The notes under the pieces were generated by a model. That model was not told the origin of the DNA, searched no databases, and saw nothing but the letters and a program-made list of their open reading frames with translations. Both the position numbers and the translations under genes were made by a program. DNA of 64,000 bases, from the NCBI RefSeq assembly GCF_009914755.1, contig NC_060943.1, one strand, 5' to 3'. Below are positions 20,417 to 60,783 of the stretch, piece by piece. Positions within the stretch are counted from its first letter, which is position 1. Each line of letters opens with the position of its first letter. The DNA is from the human T2T-CHM13v2.0 reference genome, Homo sapiens.

Positions 20417-20575
20417 ACCACGGTGGTGGCCCTTGAAGCTCTGACCCGCTTCCGCGAAGCTGTCCCCTTCAAGGGCATCCAGGATCTCCACGTCCAGATC
20501 AGAGCCCCCAAGACAGCCCTGAATGTGAATTGGTACATTGATCACAGCAATGCCTACCAACAGCGGTCAGCAAAG
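20417..20575 (+). pseudogene. C3P1: C3P1 exon (ex30-eq)
   Basis: TTVVALEALTRF...QQRSAK; 159 nt. Confidence 0.9.
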
Positions 20576-21256
20576 GTATGTCACTGAGGGGCAGGCCAGA
20601 GTCCACGCAGAGATGGCACTGGAGATGAGGCCAAGCATCATGTCCCTGCTGATCTCCCTCCTCAAGACATACCTCAAGATATGTGGCTATACTGTCAATG
20701 TATTGATTCATCTATTCCATCAACATTTCCTGAGCATCTACTATGTATCAGCGACTCTCCTAGGCATTGGGGTTATGTTATGAAAGATCCATGGTCCCTG
20801 TTCTTATGGAATCTAGAAGAGTCCCTAAGATCTAGAAGAAAATGGGCCAGATGCCATGGCTTACGCCTGTAATCCCAGCACTTTGGGAGGCCGAGGTGGG
20901 TGGATCATCTGAGGTCAGGAGTTCGAGACCAGCCTGGTCAACATAGTGAAACTCCATCCTACTAAAAATACAAAAATTACTCGGGCATGGTGGTGCATGC
21001 CTGTAATCCCAGCTACTCGGGAGGCTGAGACAGGAGACTCACTTGAACCCAGAAGGAGGAGGTTGTAGTTACCTGAGATTGCACCTGAGTGACATAGTGA
21101 AACTCCATCTCAAAATAAAAATAACAATAAATAAATAAATGAAAAGAAATGTCACCCTGGGCAACATAGCGAGACTCCATCTCTACTAAAAAAGAAAAGA
21201 AGAAGTAAATCAACTCATCTAAGCTCATGCATTGTTTAGTGGATGTCCCTGGATAA

Positions 21257-21469
<213 letters not shown>

Positions 21470-21813
21470 TAATTTTTGTAGTTTTAGTAGAGATGGGGTT
21501 TCACCATGGTGGCCAGGCTGGTCTCGAAATCCTAGCCTCATGTGACCTGCCCACCTCGGCCTCCCAAATTGCAGGGATTACAGGCATGAGCCACCACGCC
21601 TAGCCAAGGAAGAGTGTTTCTGACATAGGGAACAGCATAGAGTGCAGACCCGGAGCCAGTCAGGCACAGGAATGGTCAGAAGGGAGAACAGCAAATAAAG
21701 CAGGCTATTAGGAGGCTTGCAGGCTGGCAGAGCTCAGCAGTGAGGGCTGGGAGGCCATGGCAAGAATTAGGACTTATCCTATAGGCGATAATATTTGATC
21801 CTATAGGCAATGA

Positions 21814-22059
<246 letters not shown>

Positions 22060-22225
22060 TAGCTAAATTGCCCAGGCATGTTTTGAACTCCTGGGCTCAA
22101 GCAATCCTCCCCCCTTGGCGTCCCACACTGCTGGGATTACAGGCATGAGCCACTATGTTTGGCTTGGCTGTGAATTTTTAAAATTTTATTCTGGCTGATA
22201 CAAGTAGACTATAATGAGGAAAACA

Positions 22226-22890
<665 letters not shown>

Positions 22891-23809
22891 AGGCAAAGAA
22901 AAATAAAGAGAGGTGCAGAGGTGCCAGTGAGAAGGGGCTCATGGGAGCTCCATGCACAGGGAACCTTGGAAATGCTCCAAAGAGAACAGATTCCAGGGAT
23001 GCACATTAGGACACAGCCTGAACTGAGCCGTGCAGATGATCTGACGTCAGGAGTTCGAGACCAGCCTGGCAAACATGCTGAAACCCCATCTCTACGGGCG
23101 TGACAGCACAAGCCTGTAGTCCCAACTACTCGGGAGACTGAGGCAGGTCAGGAGAATTGCTTGAACCCAGGAGGCAGAAGTTGCAGTGAGCCAGGATCAC
23201 GCCACTGTACTCCAGCCTGGACAACAAAATGAGACTCTGTCTAAAAAAAAAAAAAAAAAGACAGCCTTAGACTGGACATGGCAGCTCACGCCTGTAATCC
23301 CAACACTGGGAGTCCAAAGCGGGTGGATCACTTGAGGTCAGGAGTTCAAGACCAGCATAAGGAACATAGTTAGATCTTGTCACTACAAAAAAATACAAAA
23401 AAAAAAAATTAGCCAGGCATGGTGGCACACACTTGTAGTTCCAGCTACTTGGGAGGCTAAGACAGGAGGATTGCTTGAGCCCAGGAGGCAGAGCGCACCA
23501 AAGTGAGCCAAGATCGCACCACTGTACTCCAATCTGGGCTACAGACTGAGACCTGGTCTCAAAAAAAAAAAAAATACACAGGCTGGATGAGCAGTTCCAG
23601 TTGATCTATGATAGTGTAGACACCACAAATGCTCTCTGAAGAGGGAAAAGCAAAACCATCTGCGTGGAGAGAGATGGAAAATGAATCACCAGGTCCCAGG
23701 TTAGGGAAAACCGAGGCCCTGGTGAGTGTTCAGGCTCCACATCCCCCTACACTTGACCCTCACTTTGCTGCTTCCTCCACCCTTAAATCTTCCTCTTTGT
23801 TCTCTTCAG

Positions 23810-23869
23810 TTCCTTGCCCAGGACGACCTAGAGATCAAAGCCAGTGGCAACGGGAGAGGCACCATCTCG
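23810..23869 (+). pseudogene. C3P1: C3P1 exon (ex31-eq)
   Basis: FLAQDDLEIKASGNGRGTIS; 60 nt. Confidence 0.88.
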
Positions 23870-24895
23870 GTAGGTCTTGTATTCTACTGTATTAGTCTGT
23901 TTAGGCTGCTACAACAAAATAGACTGTGTGGCTTATAAACAACAGAAATTGGCCCAGCATGGTGGCTCATGCCTGCAATCCCAGCATTTTGAGAGGCCCA
24001 GGCAGGAGAATCACTTGAGTCCAGGAGTTCGAGATGCACCAGGGCAACAGAGTGAGACTCTGTCTTTACAAAAAATTGAAAAATTAGATGGGCATGGTGG
24101 CACATGTCTATAGTCACAGCTACTCAAGAGGCTGAGGTGGGAGGATTGCTTGAGTCCAGGAGGTGGAAGCCGCAGTGAGTCGTGATCAAGACCTTGCATT
24201 CTACCCTAAATGACAGAGTGAGACTCTATCTCAAAGGAAGGAAGGAAAAGAAAGAGAAGAAAGAAAAGAAAGGAAAGCAAGAAAGCAAGAAACAAAGACT
24301 CGGTGCAGTGGCTTGGCTGGGCATGGTGGCTCACGCCTGTAATCCTAGCACTTTGGGAGGCCGAAGAGGGAAGATCACCTAAGGTCAGGAGTTCGAGACC
24401 AGCCTGGCCAACATGGTGAAACCCTGTCTCTACTAAAAATACAAAAGTTAACCAGGCATGGTGGCGGTCACCTGTAGTCCCAGCTACATGGGAGGCTGAG
24501 ACAGGAGAATCACTTGAACACAGAAGGCAGAGGCCAAGATTGAGCCATTGCACCCTAGCGTGGGTGACCAGAGCAAAACTCTGTCAGAAAGAAAGAAGAA
24601 AGAAAAGAAAGAGAGAGAGAGAGAGAGAGAGAAAAGAAGAAAGAAAGAAAGGAGAAAGAAAGAAAAAGTGAGAAAGAGGAAAGAAAGAAAGAAGAAAAAG
24701 AAAGAAAGAAAGAAAGGAGAAAGAAAGAGAGAGAAATTTATTGCTCACAGTTCTGGAGGCTGGGAAGTCCAAGATAAAGGCAGGGTACACTCTCTGTTTC
24801 AGGCCGGGTGTGGTGGCTCATGCCTGTAATCCCAGCACTTTGGGAGGCCGAGGCAGGCAGATCACAAGGTCAGGAGATCCAGACCATCCTGGCTA

Positions 24896-25145
<250 letters not shown>

Positions 25146-25184
25146 TTATAACCTAAATAAATAAATATAGGCCAGTCAGTGTGA

Positions 25185-25364
<180 letters not shown>

Positions 25365-25719
25365 TGAGTAGCTGGGACTACAGGTGCACAGCAGCATGCC
25401 CAGCTAATTTTTTGTATTTTTAGTAGAGACGGGGTTTCACCACATTGGCCAGGCTGGTCTCAAACTCCTGACCTGAAGTAATCTGTCCGCCTTGGCCTCC
25501 CAAAGTGCTGGGATTACAGGCATGAGCCACCATGCCCAGCCTGACGTCCATGACATCTTCCAGCCCCATGACGTATACCCGGGAGGACAGCTCTTTTGTT
25601 AACCAAAAGGTGGCCTGGTGTCGTGTTCCAGACAATGGAGTCATGGCTGAATCTCTGCCTTTGTTATGTGACCCTGAGCAAGTCATACCTTTCTTCAAGC
25701 CTCTGTGAAATCTAAGTTT

Positions 25720-25880
25720 AAATGGGTTAAAATTAAACAAAATTCAAAATTCAGTTTCTCCGTCGAGCTAGCCGCATTTCAAGTGTTTGGTAGCCACATG
25801 TGGCTAATGGCTGCCATACTGGACAATGCCAATTGGGACCATTTCCGTCACTGCAGAAAGTTCTATGACACAGAGCTGGT
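25720..25880. mobile_element. MER3/MER33-like hAT DNA transposon fragment
   Basis: agccacatgtggcta palindrome and gcagaaagttctat end motif. Confidence 0.6.
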
Positions 25881-26054
25881 CTAGACTCCAGACACTGCTC
25901 TGGCCACTGCACCTAGGAATTGATGGGGTCGGTGGGGGCAATCTTGCAGTAAATTCCCCACATGGCCAGAGACCTGGGAAGTCAAGGATTGGGGTGCAGA
26001 GGAAAGGCAGTGGGTGGGGAAGGGCTCTGACAGCCCCCTTTCCTGGCCCGGCAG

Positions 26055-26145
26055 ATCCTGACAATGTATCACAAGTCCCCAGAGTCCCGGGAGGACAACT
26101 GCAACCTGTACCACCTGAATGCGACTCTCCACAGTGCCCTAGAAG
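26055..26145 (+). pseudogene. C3P1: C3P1 exon (ex32-eq)
   Basis: ILTMYHK...NCNLYHLNATL; 91 nt; donor gtaag. Confidence 0.88.
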
Positions 26146-26455
26146 GTAAGCCTGGTGTGGCTACAGGAGGAGTAAGGGTAGAGTTTTAGGAGAAGAAGTT
26201 GGAAAGGTGATGGGGGAAGATGGTGTAGGGACTTGTTAGCCACAGTGAGGACTTTGGCTTTTGTTCTGAGTCAGGTGGGGCATAGAAAGTTCCCAACGGA
26301 GGAGGAGTGTGACCTGGCACAGGTCTGCACAGGCTCCCTCTGATCTGACCACTCTAGAGGGTGAGGGTGGGAGCCAGGTGACCAGGAAGGTGACTGCACT
26401 GGTCCTGCAGGAGATGATGGAGGCCGGGCCAGATTAGGGGCTCTGGAGATGATCA

Positions 26456-26590
<135 letters not shown>

Positions 26591-27196
26591 TTAGCTGGGC
26601 ATGGTGATGCATGCTTGCGGTTCCAGCTACTCAGGAAGTTGAGGCGGGAGGATCATTTGAGCCCGGGTGGAGGCTGCAGTGAACCATGATTGTGCCATTG
26701 CACTGTAGCCTGGGCAACAGAGTGAGAACCTCTTTCAAAAGAAAAAAAAAACAAAAACAGAGAAATAGTTGGATTCCACAGTTCCCAGCCTGGGGCACCA
26801 AGAAGGAGAGAGGACTATTGGGAGCTCACTGTGGGAGTAAGAGGAACAACCCTCACCAGTCCCATGAATTTTAGGGACTAAACCTCACCAAGGTTTTGGT
26901 TTTTGCTTGATCTCTTAATAATAATAACAATAATAATAATAGTTACAAAGCACTGATCAGGCACCATGCTGAGGGCTTTACTTGTATTAACTTATTTAAT
27001 CCTCACATCAATCCTGTTGGGTTGGGAATATTATGATCCCCCCTTAAGGATGAGTAAACTGAAGCAGAGAGAAGTTAAGCAACTTGCTCAAAGTCACACA
27101 GCAGAGTCAGGATTTGAATCCAAGATGCTAGCTCCAGAGACTGTGCACTTGATTACTGTGCTCCCCAGCCTCTAAACTGCTGCCTTCTCTCTGCAG

Positions 27197-27242
27197 AAAA
27201 TAAAAAGGGAGGTGAGACTTTTCGGCTCCGGATGGAAACAAG
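27197..27242 (+). pseudogene. C3P1: C3P1 exon (ex33-eq)
   Basis: ENKKGGETFRLRMETR; polypyrimidine acceptor; phase 1 to 2 as required by neighbours. Confidence 0.75.
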
Positions 27243-28521
27243 GTCAGCGCACCAGGATCTTGAACTGGGAGGGAGGAGGGTCTCACTTTCCGGTATCTAG
27301 ATTCCTTAGCGGCCTTCCCCGTGTACTGAGTGGACAGTGGGAACCAGCCAAGCTTGCCTCTCCATGCCTGTCCCCCATTCTGTACCTGCCTCCTTCCATG
27401 TCTGCATGTCCTCATATGACAGGCTCTACCTCAGCTGACATGCTCCATGACTCAGATGCCCAGAGCTGGCTCCAAGCCCTGAAGCTCTCCCCGTGGTTCT
27501 CATTTTCTCCGAACATCCCAGCCCCCACCCCAGTCCTGCCCTGTCCCATACCTCCCTTGCCCAGGTCTGCTTCAGATAGAAACATTATTGGGCACCTACT
27601 GTGTGCCAGACCCTGTTCTTGGAGCTAGGGACCCAGCTATGAGCAAGGCAGCCTCTCCCTGCCCTGGCGAAGCCCACAGTCTATCAGGAGACACACACAA
27701 TCATCAAATAATCACACAGAACCAATAATGAAATGGCAGTGGTGATTTCATGTGGCAAAGGAGAGGTTTACAGAGTCATGAGAGGCAAATCAGAGAATGA
27801 TCTGGGCCTGGTGCGGTGGCTCATGCCTGTAATCCCAGCACTTTGGGAAGCCAAGAGGATCACTTGAGCCCAGGAGTTTGAGGCCAGCCTGGGCAACACA
27901 GCAAGACCTCATCTCTAAAAAAAAAAATTCAAAAATTAGCTAAGGGTGGTAATGCATGTCTATAGTCCCAGCTACTCATGAGCCTGAGACTGGAGGATCA
28001 CTTGAGCCCAGGAAGCTGAGGCTACAGTGAGCCATGATTGAGCCACTGCACTCCAGCCTGGGTGACCCTGTCTAAAAAAAAAAAAAAAATGATTTGGTGT
28101 GTGGGGTGTAGGTTGGGGAAGGCTTCCCAGAGGGAGTGATGTATCCGCTGAGATGGAAAACATGAGGGGTGTTTCAGGATGAAGAGGCAGAAACGAAGAT
28201 TCCAGGCTGAGTGAACAGCATGTGCAAAAGTCTGGTGGCAGGACAGGGAACAAGGCTAACAGTGATCAAATGGAGGCTGAGGTGGGAGGAGGTGATGTGG
28301 AAGGGTGTCAGGATTGAGGCAAGGCATTTGGTAATTGAAGCAACGAGGCAAGGTAGTCAGATTTCTGCTTGCTAAAGCTCTGTGTTGTGAGTGGCAAAGG
28401 GGACATGGGGAGACCTGGAAGGAGGCTACTGCGCTGGTCCAAGCCAGAGACAACAGCAGTGGGGAGCATGGAGAGAGAGGCGGGAGGATAGTGGGGAAAG
28501 ACTGGGGCTGTGAACTTCCAG

Positions 28522-28609
28522 GTTCCAGAACAATTGAGAGGCCACAATGACTATCATGGAGGTCTCCCTGCTCACGGGCTTCTACCCCAACCAGGATGAC
28601 CTCAAACAG
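28522..28609 (+). pseudogene. C3P1: C3P1 exon (ex34-eq) with premature TGA
   Basis: FQNN*EATMTIMEVSLLTGFYPNQDDLKQ; 88 nt. Confidence 0.9.
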
Positions 28610-28865
28610 GTAATGCAGACCCCACCTACCTGCTTCCTGAGCAACCTTCCCATACTTCCCACATGGGTGCAGGGCAGTGTCTACTCAAAGCAAGGCTTCT
28701 GGGTTAATGCCCCATCGTTACTTCTCTGCATGGCCAAAACCAAACTTTTCCCTGGTTGGGCCTCAGTTTCCCCTAGCATGGGGTTGATTGGACAAAGGCT
28801 GGAGCTCTAGGGCTACGGGCCTTGGAGACTGTCAGCCACCCTCCAGTCTCCACCCTCTGCCCCAG

Positions 28866-28952
28866 CTCACGAGTGATGTGGAGAGGTACGCCTTTCAGTA
28901 CAAAACCAAGACAAGTACCAGCGACAGCACTGTTGTCCTCTACCTGGAAAAG
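28866..28952 (+). pseudogene. C3P1: C3P1 exon (ex35-eq)
   Basis: LTSDVERYAFQY...VVLYLEK. Confidence 0.9.
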
Positions 28953-29212
28953 GTGAGAGGGGCCGGGTGCCCTCCGCCAGAGGTGTGTGGGTACCCTGGG
29001 GGCTGGAGAACCCAAGGTCGGTCCCCTGGGTGGGTTTTGCAGAGAGCCAGGCCCTCTCAGGTCAGCTCCTCCAGTTGCGATCCCTGTGGTCAAGGCCACA
29101 TGGTCCGTGGTCATGGCCAATGCCAACAGCCAAGGCCTCGTGGTCAGTGCCACAAGGTCAGTGCCCCAGTCAGTGGCCCTGGCCGGCTCAGACAGGACTC
29201 TGTTCTCTCCAG

Positions 29213-29318
29213 CTCTCCCATGAGAAGAACACGGTGCTGGGCTTTCGGGTTCACAGGATGCTGCAGGCGGAGTTCCTGCAGGCCGCCCTGGTCACCATCT
29301 ACGACTACTACGAGCCTT
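29213..29318 (+). pseudogene. C3P1: C3P1 exon (ex36-eq)
   Basis: LSHEKNTVLGFRVH...LQAALVTIYDYYEP; 106 nt. Confidence 0.92.
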
Positions 29319-29830
29319 GTAAGGAGGGGCCCCCGTGCATGGGGATGAGGCCTGCAAAGGACAGAGCCAGGTGCCAGGCGAGGAGAGACCGGGCATTGCG
29401 AAAAGGGGGCTGGGCCTGGCTAGACATAAGGGGCGAGGTCTTATTGGATTGACCTAGGTTGGCGGGGACAGGAAGGAGATGGGGCAAAGTTGAAGGGGGA
29501 CTGGGCGTGGCCTGCTGGGAATGGATGGGGAAGGGGCAGGCTCTTTTGAGTGGGCGTGGCCTGTTGACAGAGGTGGCTGGCCAGGGCCCTTCAAAGTGAG
29601 GTTTGTAGGGGGCAGGGCCAGGAAGAGGGGAAGGTCTGGGAGGACCTGGAGGGCGCAGCCCAGGGACAAGGAGGGGCAGGAGGGAGCCTGGACTTTGGAG
29701 GATGGGGAAGGCAGGCCAGGGCCCGGAGTGGGTGAAGACTTCTCAGGACTAGGCCAGGTAGGCAACGAACCCCCAGGAACACTGGCCCAAGACAACGCCC
29801 TCCCCCAACCCCTGCACCCTCCATCCACAG

Positions 29831-29920
29831 CCCGGAGGTGCAGCACTTTCTACAACCTGCCCACAGAGCAATCTTCCCTGAGAAAGATCTGCCACAAAGA
29901 CATCTGCAGATGTGCAGAGG
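29831..29920 (+). pseudogene. C3P1: C3P1 exon (ex37-eq)
   Basis: RCSTFYN...LRKICHKDICRCAE; 90 nt. Confidence 0.93.
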
Positions 29921-30135
29921 GTGAGATGTGCCGAGGGTGAGCCCCATGCCACCAGGCTGGGGCTGCCAGGTTGTGGGGGGCGGATCCAGGAGCCCTTCAA
30001 GCCTCCTCCTGGCTGTAGTCTGGCCTGAGTTTAGACAGAAAGAGAAAGAGACAGAGGCAGAGGCAAAGAGAGACAGAAAGAAGGCACAGAGAGACAAAGC
30101 TTGTCACACACACATACTCGCACTGCCAAAGATCA

Positions 30136-30348
<213 letters not shown>

Positions 30349-31154
30349 TTAAAAAATTAGCCAGGAGTGGTGGTAAGTACCCGTAGTCCCAAATACTTGG
30401 GCGGCTGAGGCGGAAGGATCAGGAGTTGGAGACTGTAGTGAGCTATGCTTGTGCCACTGCACTCCAGCCAGGGTGATACAACAAGACCTTGTCTCAAAAA
30501 TAAATTTAAAAAGCCGGGCTCAGTGGCTTACACCTGTAATCCCAGCATTTTGGGGGCCAAGGTGGGTGGATCACTTGAGGTCAGGAGTTTGAGACCAGCT
30601 TGGCCAACATGGTGAAACTCCATCTCTACTGAAAATACAAAAATTAGCTGAGTGTGGTGGTGCATGCCTGTAGTCCCAGCTACTCAGGAGACCGAGGCAT
30701 GAGAATTGCTTGAACCTGGGAGGTGGAGGTTGCAGTGAGCTGAGATCACAGTGCATTCCAGCCAGGGCAACAGCACGAGACTCTGTCTCAAAAAATAAAT
30801 AAATAAATAGGCCAGGTATGATGGCTCACACCTGTTGTCCCAACACTTTGGGAGGCCGAGGTGAGAGGATTGCTTCAGCCCAGGAGTTTGAGACCAGCCT
30901 GGGCAACATAGTGAGAGACCCCAACTCTTAAAAATATAATAATAATAAGAGAGAGAGAGAAGAAAAAGAAAGGAAGGAGGAAGGAAAAAGAAAAGAAAAA
31001 GAGAGAGAGAGAGACAGAGAGAGAGCCCCACAGACCAGAAGGGCCAGATCCGGAGACCCAGGCCTGGGGGCTGAAGGGAGGGAGGGTGGGGGGTGATTGG
31101 GAGGAAGTGCCCTGTCCCAGCACCGCCAGAGCAGCTGCCCTCCTGACCCTGCAG

Positions 31155-31241
31155 GACAGTGCCCATCCCTGCAGAAGCCCAGTGGCCAATTGAGGCAGGA
31201 GGAGCTCCAGACAACAGCATGTGAGGCAGGCGTGGATTTTG
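31155..31241 (+). pseudogene. C3P1: C3P1 exon (ex38-eq)
   Basis: GQCPSL...TACEAGVDF; donor gtgagt. Confidence 0.9.
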
Positions 31242-31320
31242 GTGAGTGTGGGGAGCCACAGGGGACAGGCAGAGCCCACCTGCAGGCCGAATGCCAACAT
31301 GACACCCTCCCCTTCCCCAG

Positions 31321-31410
31321 TGTACAAGACAAAGCTGGAATCTGTGGAGGTCTCTGCCTCCAACCCTTACGTCTATTACAACACGCAGCTCGAAGACATC
31401 ATTAAGAGTG
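31321..31410 (+). pseudogene. C3P1: C3P1 exon (ex39-eq)
   Basis: VYKTKLE...EDIIKSG. Confidence 0.9.
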
Positions 31411-31530
31411 GTATGTCCCAGGTGACAAAGAAGGAATCCCAGTGTGGGGTCACCCTGGGGGCCCACCCTGGGGGTCCCATTGTGTGGGAGGGTCAGACCT
31501 GTGTATGTGCACACACCGGGTTTTCTCCAG

Positions 31531-31666
31531 GTACGGACCCTGCCACACCCCTGGCCATGAAGAAATTCGTCTCCCATGCCACTTGCCATGACTCCCTGGG
31601 GTTGCAAGAACAGGAATCGTACCTCATCATGGGCCAGACGTCAGACCTGTGGAGAATCAAATCTGA
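31531..31666 (+). pseudogene. C3P1: C3P1 exon (ex40-eq)
   Basis: [15 protein letters not shown]...[11 protein letters not shown]; 136 nt. Confidence 0.92.
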
Positions 31667-32147
31667 GTGCGTGAGGGGTTCCACCTGTCCTGGGGACTCA
31701 GGCCTGGGCCTTCTTGCCTACCCTCAACCCAGCCCTCAGTTCCACAATTTTTGCTGGAGATTTCAAGCAATTCTCCTGCCTCAGCCTCCCAAGTAGTAGC
31801 TGGGACTACATGCGTGTGTCACCACACCGGGCTAATTTTCGTATTTTCAGTAGAGACAGGGTTTCATCATGTTGGCCAGGCTGGTCTTAAAACTCCTGGC
31901 CTCAAGTGATCCACCCACCTCGGCCTCCCAAAATCACGGGGTTGCAGGCGTGAGCCACCGCACCCGGCCAGGGAAGCATTTACTAATTCCCAGTGATTTG
32001 GACTAAGAGGCTGGAAGATCAGAGAGGGCCCTCGGGTGTGGACACTACAGGCTAAGGCTCTGGCAGGCTGTCAGACAGGGCAGGGAGGTCCCCATATCCC
32101 CAGGGGCACCAGGCTCTCCTCACCTTCTTGCTTCTTGTAACCCACAG

Positions 32148-32280
32148 TTACAGCTATGTTCTGGGCAAGGAGACGTTCCTCATCCTTTGGCCAGCAGATG
32201 GAGATGCCAGCAAGAAAGAATTGCGGGACCAACTGGAGGAATTTTTGGAATATATGCGCACCCACGGCTGCCAGTCCTGA
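32148..32280 (+). pseudogene. C3P1: C3P1 terminal coding-like exon (ex41-eq)
   Basis: YSYVLGKETFLILWP...HGCQS*, resembling the C3 C-terminus FGCPN*. Confidence 0.92.
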
Positions 32281-32340
32281 GCCTCTTCTGCTTTCAGGGA
32301 GGTGTCATCAGGCAGCTCTGGGCCACTGGGTTTAACCCCA

Positions 32341-32346
32341 AATAAA
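32341..32346 (+). terminator. C3P1 polyadenylation signal
   Basis: AATAAA about 60 nt after the terminal stop. Confidence 0.8.
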
Positions 32347-32699
32347 GAGCACAGGATATGACACCCAAACCCTGGACATTTGTCCCTGTGTCAGCTTTCA
32401 CCAGGGGACCTGCACAACCTGCTCTGGCATAATGTGGACCTGTCTCCTCCCTCTTCCCCTGCTACTTGGGCGGCTGAGGCAGGAGGATCACTTGGGAGCT
32501 GGCTCTCCAAGAGTCAATATTCCAAGAGAAGGAGCAGAGGGAGCCATAGTACCTTTTATGACCTAGCCTCAGGGGTCACATGCCATCATTTCTGCAACGT
32601 CCTATTGGTCACATGAGCCAGTATTATTCAGCATGGGTGGAGACTACACAAGGCATGACCACTAGGAGGCAGGGTTCACTAGGGGAATAAATTTCAGCA

Positions 32700-43325
<10,626 letters not shown>

Positions 43326-43414
43326 TGAATAAATATCCATCTGGGGGTGTAACTTTAACACTTTTACCTATAGGGGTGTGCAATGGAGAAAAAAATTTGG
43401 AGTCGTTGAACACA

Positions 43415-43615
43415 ATGCTATTTTGCTCCTCAGAGAGTATCCGGCAGTCTCTGGAGACGTTTTTGGTAGTCACAACAGGGAGAGTAGGGAACCACTGGCA
43501 TCTAGTGGGTGGAGGCCAGGGATGGTGTTAAATGTCCCCCAATACACAGGACAGTCCCCCACACAAAGAACTAGGCCGCCCAAAGTGTCAAGAGTGCTGG
43601 GCTTGAGAAGCCATT
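43415..43615. mobile_element. MER20-like DNA transposon
   Basis: ggcatctagtgggtggaggccaggga...acaggacagtccccc motifs. Confidence 0.7.
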
Positions 43616-44488
43616 GCCCAAAAACCCCAGACTTAGTCTTGCTTTGGGGGCTCTGCACGGCTGCCTCATCTCCCCACTCTATTCCTCCCCTAGCTAAGAC
43701 CTCCAATTTCAGTGACTCTACAAAGCATCCCCTCCTCCAATGAAGTTGCCATCTCTGTGTCCCCAGGCTGGGCCAGAGCCCCACCACCTAAGGGCTCCCT
43801 GATGTGCCCTGTACTGGGTTAGAATTGTCCGTCCCACGGGGTTCTTAACCATTGCAGATTCCCTGGATCCCTGAGACAGCCGGATTCTACCGGGCTACTA
43901 GAGACCAAGAATCTGTATTTTTCTCAAGCACCGCTCCCCCCAACCACACACACACTGCCTGCCCCTATCAAGGGCACACAGCAGGTGGCCCAGTGACTAG
44001 TTGAACGCCTACTGCAAGCCAGGCGCTATTACGCGATCCACTCGGGAATCTTGGCACATACTCCACTCCATGGTGTAGACACCAGGATTCTCCCCATTTC
44101 ACAGAGGGGTAAACTGAGGTTGAGAGAGGTGACCGTAGCTAGGACAGAGACTCAGGGCAGGAAAAGGGCCCAGGTCCTCATGAGCGCCAGATTCCCGGGG
44201 AAGGAGGGAGAACAGAGAGGAGGGTGATGAACTGGGGGAGCGCGCGCTGGGTGGGGGGGCGCGGGGCCTCGCCGCGGCCTTCTGATGCGGCCCCGCCCCC
44301 ACGAGGGACGTGAAGACGCGGACCCCGCGCAGCGTGGGGACATGTGACCGACTGCAGAGGCCGCGCCGCCTCCCCCGTCCGAGGTCTGCGCGCTCCGCCG
44401 CAGGGTGCAGACCCGGGGCGCCCGCCTGGGTTTGGGGCGCAAGAGCAGAGGCGGAGCCAGGGCGGAGCCAGCGCGCCGGGTCCCCCCT

Positions 44489-44504
44489 GAATCGAAAGCG
44501 AAAC
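44489..44504 (+). promoter_or_regulatory. ISRE/IRF element
   Basis: GAATCGAAAGCGAAAC matches GAAANNGAAA, about 150 nt upstream of the ATG of a known interferon-stimulated gene. Confidence 0.75.
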
Positions 44505-44647
44505 AGGGGCCGGGGAGGAAGGGCGGAGCCGGCCCCGAGGCACCGCCCCCTGCCCTGCGCGGCTGCTGGACCGACGGGCGCACCCAGGTAGGGGGGCGGC
44601 TGAGCCGCGCAGTGCGGACCCTCGCGGGGAACTGCGCCGCCGCCACC

Positions 44648-50520
<5,873 letters not shown>

Positions 50521-50806
50521 CCCCTGCCAGGTGCAGATACAAACCAGACACGGTCTGTGGCTACTTTGTGTTATTATAAGATATGAGCTCAAACCGAGAT
50601 ATGAATGACCTTGGGGAGCCATCTGAGGCCAAGATATTGACGGGGGGGATTCCTGGGTCCCATTTTCAGCGCCCAGGGTCACAGATCCACAGTGGGAAGT
50701 TCTGTGGGACACATTGGCACTGAGCCACAAAGAAGGTGTGGCCAGAACAACTTGGGCTCCTGCTGACCAATGTCCTCTAGGGCCTAGGGGACAGAGGAAC
50801 ACAGAG

Positions 50807-54781
<3,975 letters not shown>

Positions 54782-55029
54782 CGCGGCGGACCTGCAGGCA
54801 GAGGAGGAACGGAAGGAAGACGGGGTGCTGGGGCCCAGCGAGACCCCTCCGCTTCCACGCGGGGATGCGCGCGTCTACACCCGCGATGTCCCGGGCCCAT
54901 AATTTCAGTCCCCATCTCATTCCCCCCACGGCTGGAGGGCCCCAGGGTGATCCCACTCTGGCTTCAACACCGAGCTCTTGGCGCCAGGCCGGATAACGCA
55001 TCTCAAGCATTCATTCATTCGACAAGCGA

Positions 55030-60477
<5,448 letters not shown>

Positions 60478-60783
60478 TCAGGCAGGAGCCATGGAGGGTT
60501 CTGGGCTGGAGATGGCCACATTTACTTCTGGACTCAGACACCAAGCAGGGGCTCACAAGGATCCGGGGGTAGGGTCCTCTCTTTGTCCCCGATCACTGAC
60601 ATGCCCCACCCCCCACAACAGAGATTGAGCAACCCCCCAGAACTGGGACGTGTGTATAACACCCGCTGCCTTTTACACTCTCAGCCTGGGGTGGCGGGGT
60701 GGCCTGGGGGCCCCCAAGCCAAGCTGTGGTCGGAGTTTCCCCACAGTGAGAATCAACCTCCACCTACCTTCCCACCCTCTCAC

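Noticed and set aside
30684-31607. 307-aa - strand ORF
   Set aside because: Antisense to C3P1 exons and running into an Alu; no recognisable domain.
44192-44202. TTCCCGGGGAA as a GAS site
   Set aside because: Spacer is 5 nt rather than the canonical 3.
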